Source: a virus. Taken from it: a DNA stretch of 64,000 nt. Positions 56,495-63,740 of the stretch are shown piece by piece (positions within the stretch are counted from its first letter, which is position 1; every line of letters starts with the position of its first letter). The notes beneath the pieces are model-generated. The model was not told the DNA's origin. It saw nothing but the letters and a program-made list of their open reading frames with translations, and did no database searches. A program made the translations under genes and the position numbers. The stretch spans positions 23,425 through 87,424 of the IMG/VR virus record IMGVR_UViG_3300031972_001405, one strand, 5' to 3'.

Positions 56495-57175
56495 TTAGGT
56501 TAGATTAGAATTTTTTTTGGGTTTTCCATCCCTTTCCGACTCTGTTTCCCAAAAATATTCATCAGTATGGCCCAATCTACCCCATTCAATACCATTTTCA
56601 ACTTGAAAGTATTCGGTAGAAACCTTAAAGTCAGGAATTTTTGGTGTTTCGGGTGTCAGACTGTTATCATAGATCCTACATCTGTTGTTTGGGTACAGAG
56701 CAAACTGCCCATTCTCCAATTCGATGAGGTTAAATGACTTGTGTTCTTCTGGAGTTTCACTTGTAGAGTAGTCAACTGTATCTGGATCACTGTGATAGTT
56801 GTCTAGAGTGCATTCATACTGCCCTCTAAGCGTCCCGAAGTGCCTTGATCTTACTTCCCAGTCCATTGACGCAACGAACTGTTTACAGATGCTTACAACC
56901 CCATAATCCATACAGTTCCAGAACTGAAGATTTGGAAGATCTAAATCAGGAGCTGGTGTCTTTGGTTCTGAAACAAATGCAGATATCGGCAACTTATCAA
57001 ACATTGCCGCATATTCTGGTAAATACGTTTCAAAATAAAAAGCGCGTCCAGGTATCGATTTTGCCGATACCCAAACGCCCTCTACAAATTCACCAAACCC
57101 ATCTTTAAAATCTCGTAAGTATTCTTTACGAACCCAGACTTTACGTGCAGGAAGATTGGTGATCAAACGACTCAT
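56495..57175 (-). CDS. Conserved hypothetical cyanophage protein
   Basis: NLPARKVWVRKEYL, LQFWNC, EHKSFN, GQFALYPNNR. Confidence 0.8.
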   Translation of the reverse strand: MSRLITNLPARKVWVRKEYLRDFKDGFGEFVEGVWVSAKSIPGRAFYFETYLPEYAAMFDKLPISAFVSEPKTPAPDLDLPNLQFWNCMDYGVVSICKQFVASMDWEVRSRHFGTLRGQYECTLDNYHSDPDTVDYSTSETPEEHKSFNLIELENGQFALYPNNRCRIYDNSLTPETPKIPDFKVSTEYFQVENGIEWGRLGHTDEYFWETESERDGKPKKNSNLT

Positions 57176-57177
57176 AA

Positions 57178-57324
57178 TTACCTACCTTGTCCACGATAAC
57201 GTTTCTTAGCATCATTACGACTGCTAGCGGAATATTTAGTATGCTGACCACTACCCTGACGAGTTTTCTTCGGAGTTGGTTCGATAAATGATCCACCCAT
57301 CAGGGACTTTTTGACTTTTGCCAT
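57178..57324 (-). CDS. 48-aa basic protein (not in ORF track)
   Basis: MAKVKK...PKKTRQGSGQHTKYSASSRNDAKKRYRGQGR. Upstream promoter TTGACA-N16-TATACT with extended -10 TG at 57352-57379. Confidence 0.8.
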   Translation of the reverse strand: MAKVKKSLMGGSFIEPTPKKTRQGSGQHTKYSASSRNDAKKRYRGQGR

Positions 57325-57375
57325 CGAGTAAAGCGATTGATTTACTTGAATAGTATAGCACAGATCATATATGTG

Positions 57376-57594
57376 TCAACGCCGTTGTTTGCCAAAGTTG
57401 ATGGGGCGTCCACCCTGACAGAGATTACATTTCTTTGGGATACGAACCTTGGGTTGGCATAGGTTACATTTCCTAGGTCTTCTAACTGAAACTCCAGGTC
57501 GTCCGCTAAGTCTATTTGGTTTCGCTTCGACTGGCGAGCTTCCAATGATGCTAACAAGAGAAAGCATGATAGGAAGTACGATTAATTTTTTCAT
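57376..57594 (-). CDS. Putative secreted cationic peptide with two CxxC repeats
   Basis: Signal-peptide-like MKKLIVLPIMLSLVSIIGSSPVEA, then PxKCNLCQ twice. Confidence 0.6.
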   Translation of the reverse strand: MKKLIVLPIMLSLVSIIGSSPVEAKPNRLSGRPGVSVRRPRKCNLCQPKVRIPKKCNLCQGGRPINFGKQRR

Positions 57595-57617
57595 GATAGT
57601 AAATAAAAAAAGTGCTT

Positions 57618-57648
57618 AAAAAACCCCCGAGACACGAGACGCGGGGGG
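57618..57648 (-). terminator. Probable terminator after the glycosyltransferase-like gene
   Basis: CCCCC(G)...(C)GGGGG stem followed by T6. Confidence 0.65.
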
Positions 57649-57658
57649 TAATTAGTTA

Positions 57659-58432
57659 TTAGATGATACGAGTTTTTTCGTGACCGACGCGGATACGAGG
57701 ATCACACCAGATCTCATAACCCATTTCCTTGGCATCGAGACAGAATGATACATCCTCTCCACACATGTCCTGAACCTCTCCAGATTCAAACTGCTGCATC
57801 TTCGGAGCAAACCATGGATACTCCATGTTCTCAAAGACGCCTTTCTTAATCATGACCCAACCAAACCCAGTGTAATCAACTGTGAATGGCTTGCGACGTT
57901 TGCTGATTGATTCGAGATTTTCATGATTCATGACTCCACCATTCTTACGGAAGTCATCTTCTTCTAACCAGTGTGCAACAGATGTGGTATGACCATCTTC
58001 GGTACAATACCATCCAGCAACGATTTCTTTCTCATCACCTTCAGCAGGAAACGCAAGATCGCACAACTGCCAAAACTTACCTGTGTCAAATACAATGTCA
58101 CTATCAATCCACAACTGATAGTCATATTCGAGTTTACCATCCCAGGGAATCTGCTTCGGTCCACGTAGTACATTAGCACCCAAAACCTTGCAACGTGCAA
58201 AGTTTACCATGGAAGAATAGTCCTGAGAGATCTGAATGCTCAGACCACTTTGTACCAAATCAAAACAGAGTTGTACAAAGTTCTTCATGAAAATGTAAGA
58301 ACATCCACGTCCAGGAAGACAGAATACAATCTGCTTCCCACGCATACGCTCTTTGATAGCATCGATATCCCACTCTTCACCTGTCTTCTTTACAGGAGGG
58401 GTCTTTGCTTTTACTGTAAATCCTTTAGCCAT
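57659..58432 (-). CDS. Glycosyltransferase-like protein (GT-A fold)
   Basis: DxD motif in YDYQLWIDSDIVF, VDYTGFG, GEDVSFC, VGHEK. Confidence 0.75.
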   Translation of the reverse strand: MAKGFTVKAKTPPVKKTGEEWDIDAIKERMRGKQIVFCLPGRGCSYIFMKNFVQLCFDLVQSGLSIQISQDYSSMVNFARCKVLGANVLRGPKQIPWDGKLEYDYQLWIDSDIVFDTGKFWQLCDLAFPAEGDEKEIVAGWYCTEDGHTTSVAHWLEEDDFRKNGGVMNHENLESISKRRKPFTVDYTGFGWVMIKKGVFENMEYPWFAPKMQQFESGEVQDMCGEDVSFCLDAKEMGYEIWCDPRIRVGHEKTRII

Positions 58433-58490
58433 AAGATGTTCAAAAATGTTTTAACAAGCTTGTCAGTTCATTGGAATGATGAACACTTCA

Positions 58491-58519
58491 ATGATACTCC
58501 ATTATTTAGTCCTTGTCAA
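58491..58519 (-). promoter_or_regulatory. Sigma70-type promoter with a nested late box
   Basis: TTGACA-N17-TATCAT, with CTAAATA at 58503-58509 inside the spacer. Confidence 0.65.
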
Positions 58520-58679
58520 GCAATATCTTTTCATATGTTAGATCATTCTCATTGTAATCTGTCTTCATTAATCCTACCATTCCTTTCAATACTGTCCAAG
58601 TATGCTTGAACTCATTCTCAGGAACATTCTTATACAAACAAGTTTTCTTTGCATAGATGTTGTAACTATACTCTGCCAT
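58506..58679 (-). CDS. Hypothetical protein
   Basis: Start ATG 58679 with a GGAGG Shine-Dalgarno; LKGMVGLMKTDY. Confidence 0.7.
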   Translation of the reverse strand: MAEYSYNIYAKKTCLYKNVPENEFKHTWTVLKGMVGLMKTDYNENDLTYEKILLDKD

Positions 58680-59076
58680 AATCGTCCTCCAGACGTTCGA
58701 TGTCTTCTTCAATACACATATCACCATACTGTACTTCAACGATCAATATACCGTCTCTGCCTCCCCTTAGACGGTGAATCTCTTCAATACCAATATGGTG
58801 GACATCACTCACAGTTGTTTCTTTACCACCTGGACAATCACTGAGATAGATTGTACCATTACCCTTGACTACAACCCACTGCTCATTTCGATGAAAATGT
58901 CTTTGTAGTGAAATTGATTTACCAGGATCTACGAATAACCTCTTTACTTTATATGTGGCATTACTATAAAGGTTCTCGTACCAACCCCATGGACGGGAAA
59001 TTTTTTGGGGCAATAATTTTTCCATGTCGCCAATGAACGGTTTGTCTAGGTCAGTCATGATATGATATCCATTCAC
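58666..59076 (-). CDS. Mannose-6-phosphate isomerase type II-like cupin
   Basis: RPWGWY, SLQRHFHRNEQWVVV.G, HRL, EVQYG...EEDIERLEDDYGR. CATAAATA late box at 59080-59087. Confidence 0.88.
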   Translation of the reverse strand: MNGYHIMTDLDKPFIGDMEKLLPQKISRPWGWYENLYSNATYKVKRLFVDPGKSISLQRHFHRNEQWVVVKGNGTIYLSDCPGGKETTVSDVHHIGIEEIHRLRGGRDGILIVEVQYGDMCIEEDIERLEDDYGRV

Positions 59077-59087
59077 ATGTATTTATG

Positions 59088-59111
59088 AAAAAAGGTCCCA
59101 TCACTGAGACC
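59088..59111 (-). terminator. Rho-independent terminator
   Basis: GGTCTCA-GTGA-TGGGACC followed by T6 (GNRA loop). Confidence 0.75.
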
Positions 59112-59241
59112 CCCTCGGAGTTTTTTTTATACCCGCGTTTTTTTTATTTCTCTCGCTCTTTGTCACCTCTGTAGGTTAGGGTAGTTAGTCGTTTTTAACC
59201 GCGACCCGCCCCTAAGAACACAAACGCCCCCTAAGTGTGTC
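59088..59241 (-). ncRNA. Candidate ~150-nt non-coding RNA
   Basis: Bounded by TTGACA-N17-TATAGT (59248-59276) and the terminator; contains no usable ORF. Confidence 0.5.
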
Positions 59242-59304
59242 CAAGTCACTATAACAAACCTCCGAGGGATTGTCAAGTCTATCTGTTATAAACTGTCACA
59301 TGCC

Positions 59305-59502
59305 CTATCTGATAGCCTCATGATATGATTGCCAGTCCTGATCAACACGTTCTGTGTGGTCCTTGATTGATACTGTCACTGTCTCATTTGATTGAATACT
59401 AAAAATATCCTCCCAGTCAATTTGATAGGGGTCGAAGTCATCATGAACCTCGAAATCTAAAGTCACACTGAAGCGTTGCAATTGTCCTGGCAGGGTGTTC
59501 AT
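59305..59502 (-). CDS. Acidic hypothetical protein
   Basis: AGGAG Shine-Dalgarno; promoter TTGACA-N18-TATAAT at 59534-59563. Confidence 0.7.
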   Translation of the reverse strand: MNTLPGQLQRFSVTLDFEVHDDFDPYQIDWEDIFSIQSNETVTVSIKDHTERVDQDWQSYHEAIR

Positions 59503-59610
59503 AACTGTCAGTGCTCCTGTGTGTTACTCTCTAATTATACTCTGAGATTGGCAGAATTGTCAACCCCTTATAAGTCTGTGAGGATTTATGAACTTTCTGC
59601 GGGGGTGTTG

Positions 59611-59639
59611 TTGACAAACTCGGCGTCTTATGATACGCT
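59611..59639 (+). promoter_or_regulatory. Plus-strand sigma70-type promoter facing the DnaA boxes
   Basis: TTGACA-N17-TACGCT. Confidence 0.45.
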
Positions 59640-59688
59640 CGCTAAGATCACTAAACCTCAGCACCTTTCAAAGAACAATAACACTTAG

Positions 59689-59762
59689 TTTTCCACAATA
59701 ACAGTGCTTATATGAGTCTTTTCCCACATAATAACCAAGGTTTTCAACAGGGTTGTGGAAAA
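59689..59762. promoter_or_regulatory. Cluster of four DnaA-box-like 9-mers
   Basis: TTTTCCACA 59689-97, TTTCCCACA 59720-28, TTTTCAACA 59741-49, TGTGGAAAA 59754-62. Confidence 0.65.
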
Positions 59763-59808
59763 CATTTACATCACCCATATACATTTAATAACACATTAAT
59801 AAACGTTT

Positions 59809-59970
59809 TTAACCACCAAATACAGGAATTACGTCTATTTTAGGCGAATCTTTGGCAAGTGTGTGCATAACATACTCTGCCGCATCTTCACCGAATACAA
59901 CAACACTTTGATTCTTATAAAACCCGTTAACTTGTTGCTTACCCTGCCAGATCACGCGATACTTATTCAT
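59809..59970 (-). CDS. Early-region hypothetical protein
   Basis: Start at the ATG at 59970, overlapping the end of the upstream gene. Confidence 0.55.
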   Translation of the reverse strand: MNKYRVIWQGKQQVNGFYKNQSVVVFGEDAAEYVMHTLAKDSPKIDVIPVFGG

Positions 59971-60226
59971 GGACAGATTGCCTGGATTTGACATAAGTGA
60001 GTTCACAGAATTGATGAGGAAAGCATAGAATACAAACACGATTATTCTTATGTAAGTGACAATCTTTCAGACTTTGTTGAGACTTAGGAATTGTTCTGAT
60101 TTCGATTGTTACATACAGGTCATCTACAAAGTACACCCAACCTTCTAAGTTTCGATCTTTCCATAACACATAATCGTTTAATTTCGGGCGGTAACACTCG
60201 GAATGGGTATCAGACATAAGTATCAC
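59963..60226 (-). CDS. Early-region hypothetical protein
   Basis: YRPKLNDYVLW...EGWVYF...YVTIE; coupled ORF. Confidence 0.7.
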   Translation of the reverse strand: MILMSDTHSECYRPKLNDYVLWKDRNLEGWVYFVDDLYVTIEIRTIPKSQQSLKDCHLHKNNRVCILCFPHQFCELTYVKSRQSVHE

Positions 60227-60603
60227 TCTTTCAAGAATCTGTCAGGATAGTGAGGACTATCGACATGATAATCTTGGATAGTTGCTGATGCTGTATGACC
60301 GCTGTTCGCTGGTCCTTTGATGATAATGTTCTCTGCACGTTGATTCATTCCGCTGAGGTAAGATTGCACACGAGTTAAACAATCAGTCATAAGGAGATGT
60401 GCATCAGGTCCGATATAAAGGGAAATATCAGATAAGATTTCAGACAAATGTTCAGGAGTTGATTCTTCCTCTTGAATCATTTCAAACATGAAACCTTCTA
60501 CATTAGCGATCACATCTTCATCATTAAAGTTTTCTGCTTCTGAAAGAATGATCCTAATCTGTTCTTTACAATGCCAGGACCAACGATCTACGGGTTCAAT
60601 CAT
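60223..60603 (-). CDS. Early-region hypothetical protein
   Basis: 126-aa ORF overlapping both neighbours. Confidence 0.65.
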   Translation of the reverse strand: MIEPVDRWSWHCKEQIRIILSEAENFNDEDVIANVEGFMFEMIQEEESTPEHLSEILSDISLYIGPDAHLLMTDCLTRVQSYLSGMNQRAENIIIKGPANSGHTASATIQDYHVDSPHYPDRFLKE

Positions 60604-60781
60604 TTGTTAAATCTTGAATAAAAGTCCACACGTATTTACCATCGTTTGGATCTACTTTATCAACGACGAATTCAGAGAAGATAGCATCAGCATCCTCGAA
60701 ACGATCTTGATCAATTAAGCGTTCTAATTGCTCTGCATATTGTTCAGTACAGAGATCCACTGATTGTTGATGAGCTGTCAT
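60596..60781 (-). CDS. Early-region hypothetical protein
   Basis: Preceded by a CACTCACTTCAC leader. Confidence 0.65.
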   Translation of the reverse strand: MTAHQQSVDLCTEQYAEQLERLIDQDRFEDADAIFSEFVVDKVDPNDGKYVWTFIQDLTND

Positions 60782-60819
60782 AAGATTGGAGTGAAGTGAG
60801 TGTTAGATAGTGAGAGAAA

Positions 60820-60927
60820 TTAACGCACCAAAGACTTATTCACAACTGTAATCCATTCGGATGGTGTAGACAGTTGATTTGATACTTTGACCCAACGTCC
60901 TTTGAATTTGACAATTGTGTACTTCAT
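60820..60927 (-). CDS. 35-aa basic microprotein
   Basis: MKYTIVKFKGRWVKVSNQLSTPSEWITVVNKSLVR. Confidence 0.5.
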   Translation of the reverse strand: MKYTIVKFKGRWVKVSNQLSTPSEWITVVNKSLVR

Positions 60928-60997
60928 AAAATGATTAATAGGAGAACAAGAGTATAGAATTGAGAGTAGACTTTTGCCCACTCTTTCTTAGTTTTGA

Positions 60998-61339
60998 TCA
61001 CGAAAAGACGAAACCATTGGTGAATTCAAAAGTGTTGAAGACTTTACTTTGTCCCGCCATTCCGACGAGTTTGTCAACATACCACTGAAAGTTTTTCTGA
61101 TAAACACGCTCACCAGCAACACAGAAATAATCACATAGTGCGTTCAATCGTGATTTGGTTGTATTAGACTGCCAACCGCCATCATAGATTGTCATGCTAT
61201 CTTCGTCGATAGTTGCAATTTGATTGCCGTGGAGATAGACAAAACTAACGCCCTCAATCGTGATCACTTGAGTGTTACCAGATTTCCAATCTTTGTTGGA
61301 TTGGATTGCCTGACACATTTGGGTTTCGATTTTACGCAT
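60998..61339 (-). CDS. Conserved early phage protein
   Basis: MRKIE..M..AI...WKSGNT, VYLHGN.IA, GGWQSNTTKSRLNAL. Confidence 0.8.
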   Translation of the reverse strand: MRKIETQMCQAIQSNKDWKSGNTQVITIEGVSFVYLHGNQIATIDEDSMTIYDGGWQSNTTKSRLNALCDYFCVAGERVYQKNFQWYVDKLVGMAGQSKVFNTFEFTNGFVFS

Positions 61340-61397
61340 GATGAAAGAAGAAGAAGATTTAAGAGGCGGGAGTGGTTGGTGTCCCCTCCACTTCTAT

Positions 61398-61457
61398 AAG
61401 ATAGAACGGATCAGGGCATTTTGCAAGCGGGGTTGTGCCACTTTGCCGACCGTCACA
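61398..61457 (-). promoter_or_regulatory. Early promoter with palindrome
   Basis: TTGCAA-N17-TATCTT; upstream TGTGACGGTCGGCAAAGTGGCACA. Confidence 0.7.
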
Positions 61458-61584
61458 TGGCATCGATCTGGCGTTGGATCGTTTCGTTCCTTTCTTTAAT
61501 AACATCAACCATGGATGAATCTAACAACTCAATGAGTAGATTAGCACCAAACAAAATGATAATCGCGGCAAGAGCAATACGCAT
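61453..61584 (-). CDS. 43-aa membrane microprotein
   Basis: MRIALAAIIILFGANLLIELL...; GGAGG Shine-Dalgarno. Confidence 0.65.
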   Translation of the reverse strand: MRIALAAIIILFGANLLIELLDSSMVDVIKERNETIQRQIDAM

Positions 61585-61657
61585 CAATTAACCTCCGAAC
61601 ATGTTAGTTAGTGAAGTGAGTGGGTGAAGTTTTAATAAGAATAATCCTTATTAAAGG

Positions 61658-61822
61658 TTATTTTTCGGTGGTGATAGATTGAATGACAAAGTTAGGATTA
61701 AGGCGATTACATGTAGCAATCGCTTCTTCTTTTGTTGATTTGATGTAACCTAGACAGTCACTCATAATCCAACCATTAGCACGATGAAATTGACCGTGAA
61801 GAAGGAATTTAGTCTCTTGCAT
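61658..61822 (-). CDS. 54-aa hypothetical protein
   Basis: MQETKFLLHGQF...TKEEAIATCNRLNPNF; GGAGG Shine-Dalgarno. Confidence 0.65.
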   Translation of the reverse strand: MQETKFLLHGQFHRANGWIMSDCLGYIKSTKEEAIATCNRLNPNFVIQSITTEK

Positions 61823-61827
61823 TGTTA

Positions 61828-61980
61828 TCAACCTCCAAACATGTCATCGAATAATTGTTGCCCAGAACGCTCATCTTGTTCTGCTTTCTTTGAATATTCT
61901 TCCATACGTTGAATTGCTTCTTCGCGTGTGATGTTGTAAGGTAAAATGTACTCTTTGCCTGATGGAGTTGTGTAACGCAT
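61828..61980 (-). CDS. Early-region hypothetical protein
   Basis: ATG at 61980 after a CACTCAC leader; ends DDMFGG. Confidence 0.6.
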   Translation of the reverse strand: MRYTTPSGKEYILPYNITREEAIQRMEEYSKKAEQDERSGQQLFDDMFGG

Positions 61981-62021
61981 AGTTTTGAAAATAGTGAGTG
62001 AATTAAGTTGGTTTTGAATGT

Positions 62022-62225
62022 TCATGCTGCCTGATCAAATGTTTCGTTGTAAACATCATAAAAGAGATCAAATGCAGCAAGATCGTTAACAAACGGGGCA
62101 GACATTTCGCAGACCCAATCATACGCCATATCTAAATCTGCATCGGTGCTGAGAAGAAAGGCAGGCAGGTCGCGCAGTGCTTGGATGAAAGCGGGATCGG
62201 TAAGGCGAAAGTTTGTTTTGTTCAT
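62022..62225 (-). CDS. Early-region hypothetical protein
   Basis: ATG about 7 nt after the -10 box, so possibly leaderless. Confidence 0.7.
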   Translation of the reverse strand: MNKTNFRLTDPAFIQALRDLPAFLLSTDADLDMAYDWVCEMSAPFVNDLAAFDLFYDVYNETFDQAA

Positions 62226-62231
62226 ACTGAT

Positions 62232-62288
62232 AGTATGGCAGATTTTGGGGGGAATTGCTAGGGGTCTTGTGCCAGTTCTCCAACTGGT
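62232..62288 (-). promoter_or_regulatory. Early promoter with palindrome
   Basis: TAGCAA-N17-CATACT; upstream ACCAGTTGGAGAACTGGCACA. Confidence 0.65.
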
Positions 62289-62295
62289 TTTTTGG

Positions 62296-62613
62296 TCAGA
62301 GCTCTGCCATCATTTCATTCATCTCATCGCGGTTAATTGCAGGATCATTCCATGCAAGACCGTCACCATTCTTCCGAAGAAACTTACCAATAGTGCCAGT
62401 CATCATGCAACGTTCAAATTTATCGTAAGGCGTCTCATTTGCATCGCAATATGTTACACATGCCTTTGCAGTATTGTATAGAAACTCATCATTACTAATC
62501 CACAATGATGCACTCCAAGTCTCCCAATTTTGCCAACCGTTGTAAGTTTCGTTCATTTGGTTTGTGTTAAGATCGTTGGTCATGTTGTGAAGATGTTGTT
62601 TAATAAGTGACAT
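62296..62613 (-). CDS. Conserved early phage protein (YNGWxNxETW family)
   Basis: TYNGWQNWETW...LWISNDEFLY. Confidence 0.75.
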   Translation of the reverse strand: MSLIKQHLHNMTNDLNTNQMNETYNGWQNWETWSASLWISNDEFLYNTAKACVTYCDANETPYDKFERCMMTGTIGKFLRKNGDGLAWNDPAINRDEMNEMMAEL

Positions 62614-62620
62614 AATCGTT

Positions 62621-62803
62621 TCAGAAAGGGTTTGACCAAGTTTCGTACTTCTTCATGGTGATATAACCCTCACGGCAAAGTTCATCAGTGAAGATACCCC
62701 ATGCCTCACGTTTTGCGACCTTATCTGTTGATCCACTTGTCATCCAATTGTAGCGAAACTGTTGGAGTGCTTGTGCTTTGGTGATTGTTCCCATCGGTTG
62801 CAT
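62621..62803 (-). CDS. Early-region hypothetical protein
   Basis: TKAQALQQFR..W...DKVAKREAW..FTDELC.EG.IT. Confidence 0.7.
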   Translation of the reverse strand: MQPMGTITKAQALQQFRYNWMTSGSTDKVAKREAWGIFTDELCREGYITMKKYETWSNPF

Positions 62804-62818
62804 TGCTTTAACTCTTTA

Positions 62819-62873
62819 ATAATACACGATTTTGACCCCTGTGCCGTCACCTTGTGACACTTTGGCAACTGGT
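62819..62873 (-). promoter_or_regulatory. Early promoter with palindrome
   Basis: -10 TATTAT; upstream ACCAGTTGCCAAAGTGTCACA. Confidence 0.65.
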
Positions 62874-63024
62874 TCGGGTCGGTTGGTGGTATGCTGCCAT
62901 CCTGTCGCTGCCATGCTTTGAGAACCCTTGCCACCACTAGAGCAAAGACCTGTTTTTTGCATAATTCTATCCGTCAGGTGTGTTTGGTCATGCCTGCCGC
63001 TCTCGTTATGGAAAAAAGACTAAA

Positions 63025-63291
63025 TCATAGCTTCCCCGACACGATTGCAGGTCCGACAACTGTAGTATATTGATCAAGTGTGCCATCTTGTTCACATTTA
63101 AGGTGCCAGCGTGTCATAACAACAACGCCATCTTTGGTAGCGCCACTCATCATTTTTCGACCCTGTTTTGTCATTGTTGAGTATAGTCCAAACCGAGACT
63201 TCCAAACATAAAATACATCATCAATGAGTTCAGCATTGTCAGGGAGTTGAGAAAGTGTTTCGTTTGATTGATCGTTTGTGATTGTATTCAT
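63025..63291 (-). CDS. Early-region hypothetical protein
   Basis: IDDVFYVW..RFGLY...TRWHLKCEQDG...GKL. Confidence 0.75.
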   Translation of the reverse strand: MNTITNDQSNETLSQLPDNAELIDDVFYVWKSRFGLYSTMTKQGRKMMSGATKDGVVVMTRWHLKCEQDGTLDQYTTVVGPAIVSGKL

Positions 63292-63419
63292 CGTTCTTTT
63301 TGAATAGTTGAATCGTAGTAATTCATCATCTTACTATCACGCTCCGCAAGGAATAGTAGGTAGCAAGTAAGACCAACTATGACAAAGATGCCGCTGAGTA
63401 AGTATTGCGTAACTCTCAT
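63288..63419 (-). CDS. 43-aa membrane microprotein
   Basis: MRVTQYLLSGIFVIVGLTCYLLFLAERD...; ATGA overlaps on both sides. Confidence 0.65.
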   Translation of the reverse strand: MRVTQYLLSGIFVIVGLTCYLLFLAERDSKMMNYYDSTIQKER

Positions 63420-63706
63420 GCTGCCTCCACTAATTCTTGCTGATACTGCACCAATTGCTCCTCTACAACCTCATCCACTGCCTCTTGAATCACCTGATAG
63501 ATGTAATCAATGTTGCCTACATCATCAAAGATACGTGCAATCAGTGCAGGATCTTCTACAACATTATCATAATCAACCTCACCATCTTCATCCTTTAAGT
63601 GACAATCATTCTTAGTATAAATCCACGCGGCACATTCTGCATCCTCTCCCTGTTCTTTGATCATAGATGATACTCGGTCTTGAAGTTGCTTGAGAGTGTA
63701 ATTCAT
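63416..63706 (-). CDS. Acidic hypothetical protein
   Basis: MNYTLKQLQDRV...QGEDAECAAWIYT. Confidence 0.75.
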   Translation of the reverse strand: MNYTLKQLQDRVSSMIKEQGEDAECAAWIYTKNDCHLKDEDGEVDYDNVVEDPALIARIFDDVGNIDYIYQVIQEAVDEVVEEQLVQYQQELVEAA

Positions 63707-63740
63707 GATTTGAATGAAATGATGGTTGAGTAAGTGTTAC

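Noticed and set aside
57410-57475. CxxC repeats as c-type heme attachment sites
   Set aside because: The motif is CNLCQ, not CxxCH.
59088-59241. manA RNA motif, because it lies upstream of a mannose-6-P isomerase gene
   Set aside because: I could not recognise that motif's sequence or structure, and a terminator plus a separate late promoter lie between. An Rfam search is needed to exclude it.
61434-61457. Early palindrome as a CRP or NtcA box
   Set aside because: Spacing (TGTGA-N14-GCACA) fits neither CRP (N6) nor NtcA (GTA-N8-TAC).
62874-63024. dif/Xer-like or att site in the GC-richer intergenic stretch (TGCATAAT...TTATGGAAAA)
   Set aside because: The two half-sites are about 40 bp apart rather than 6-8 bp, and there is no recombinase in the window.
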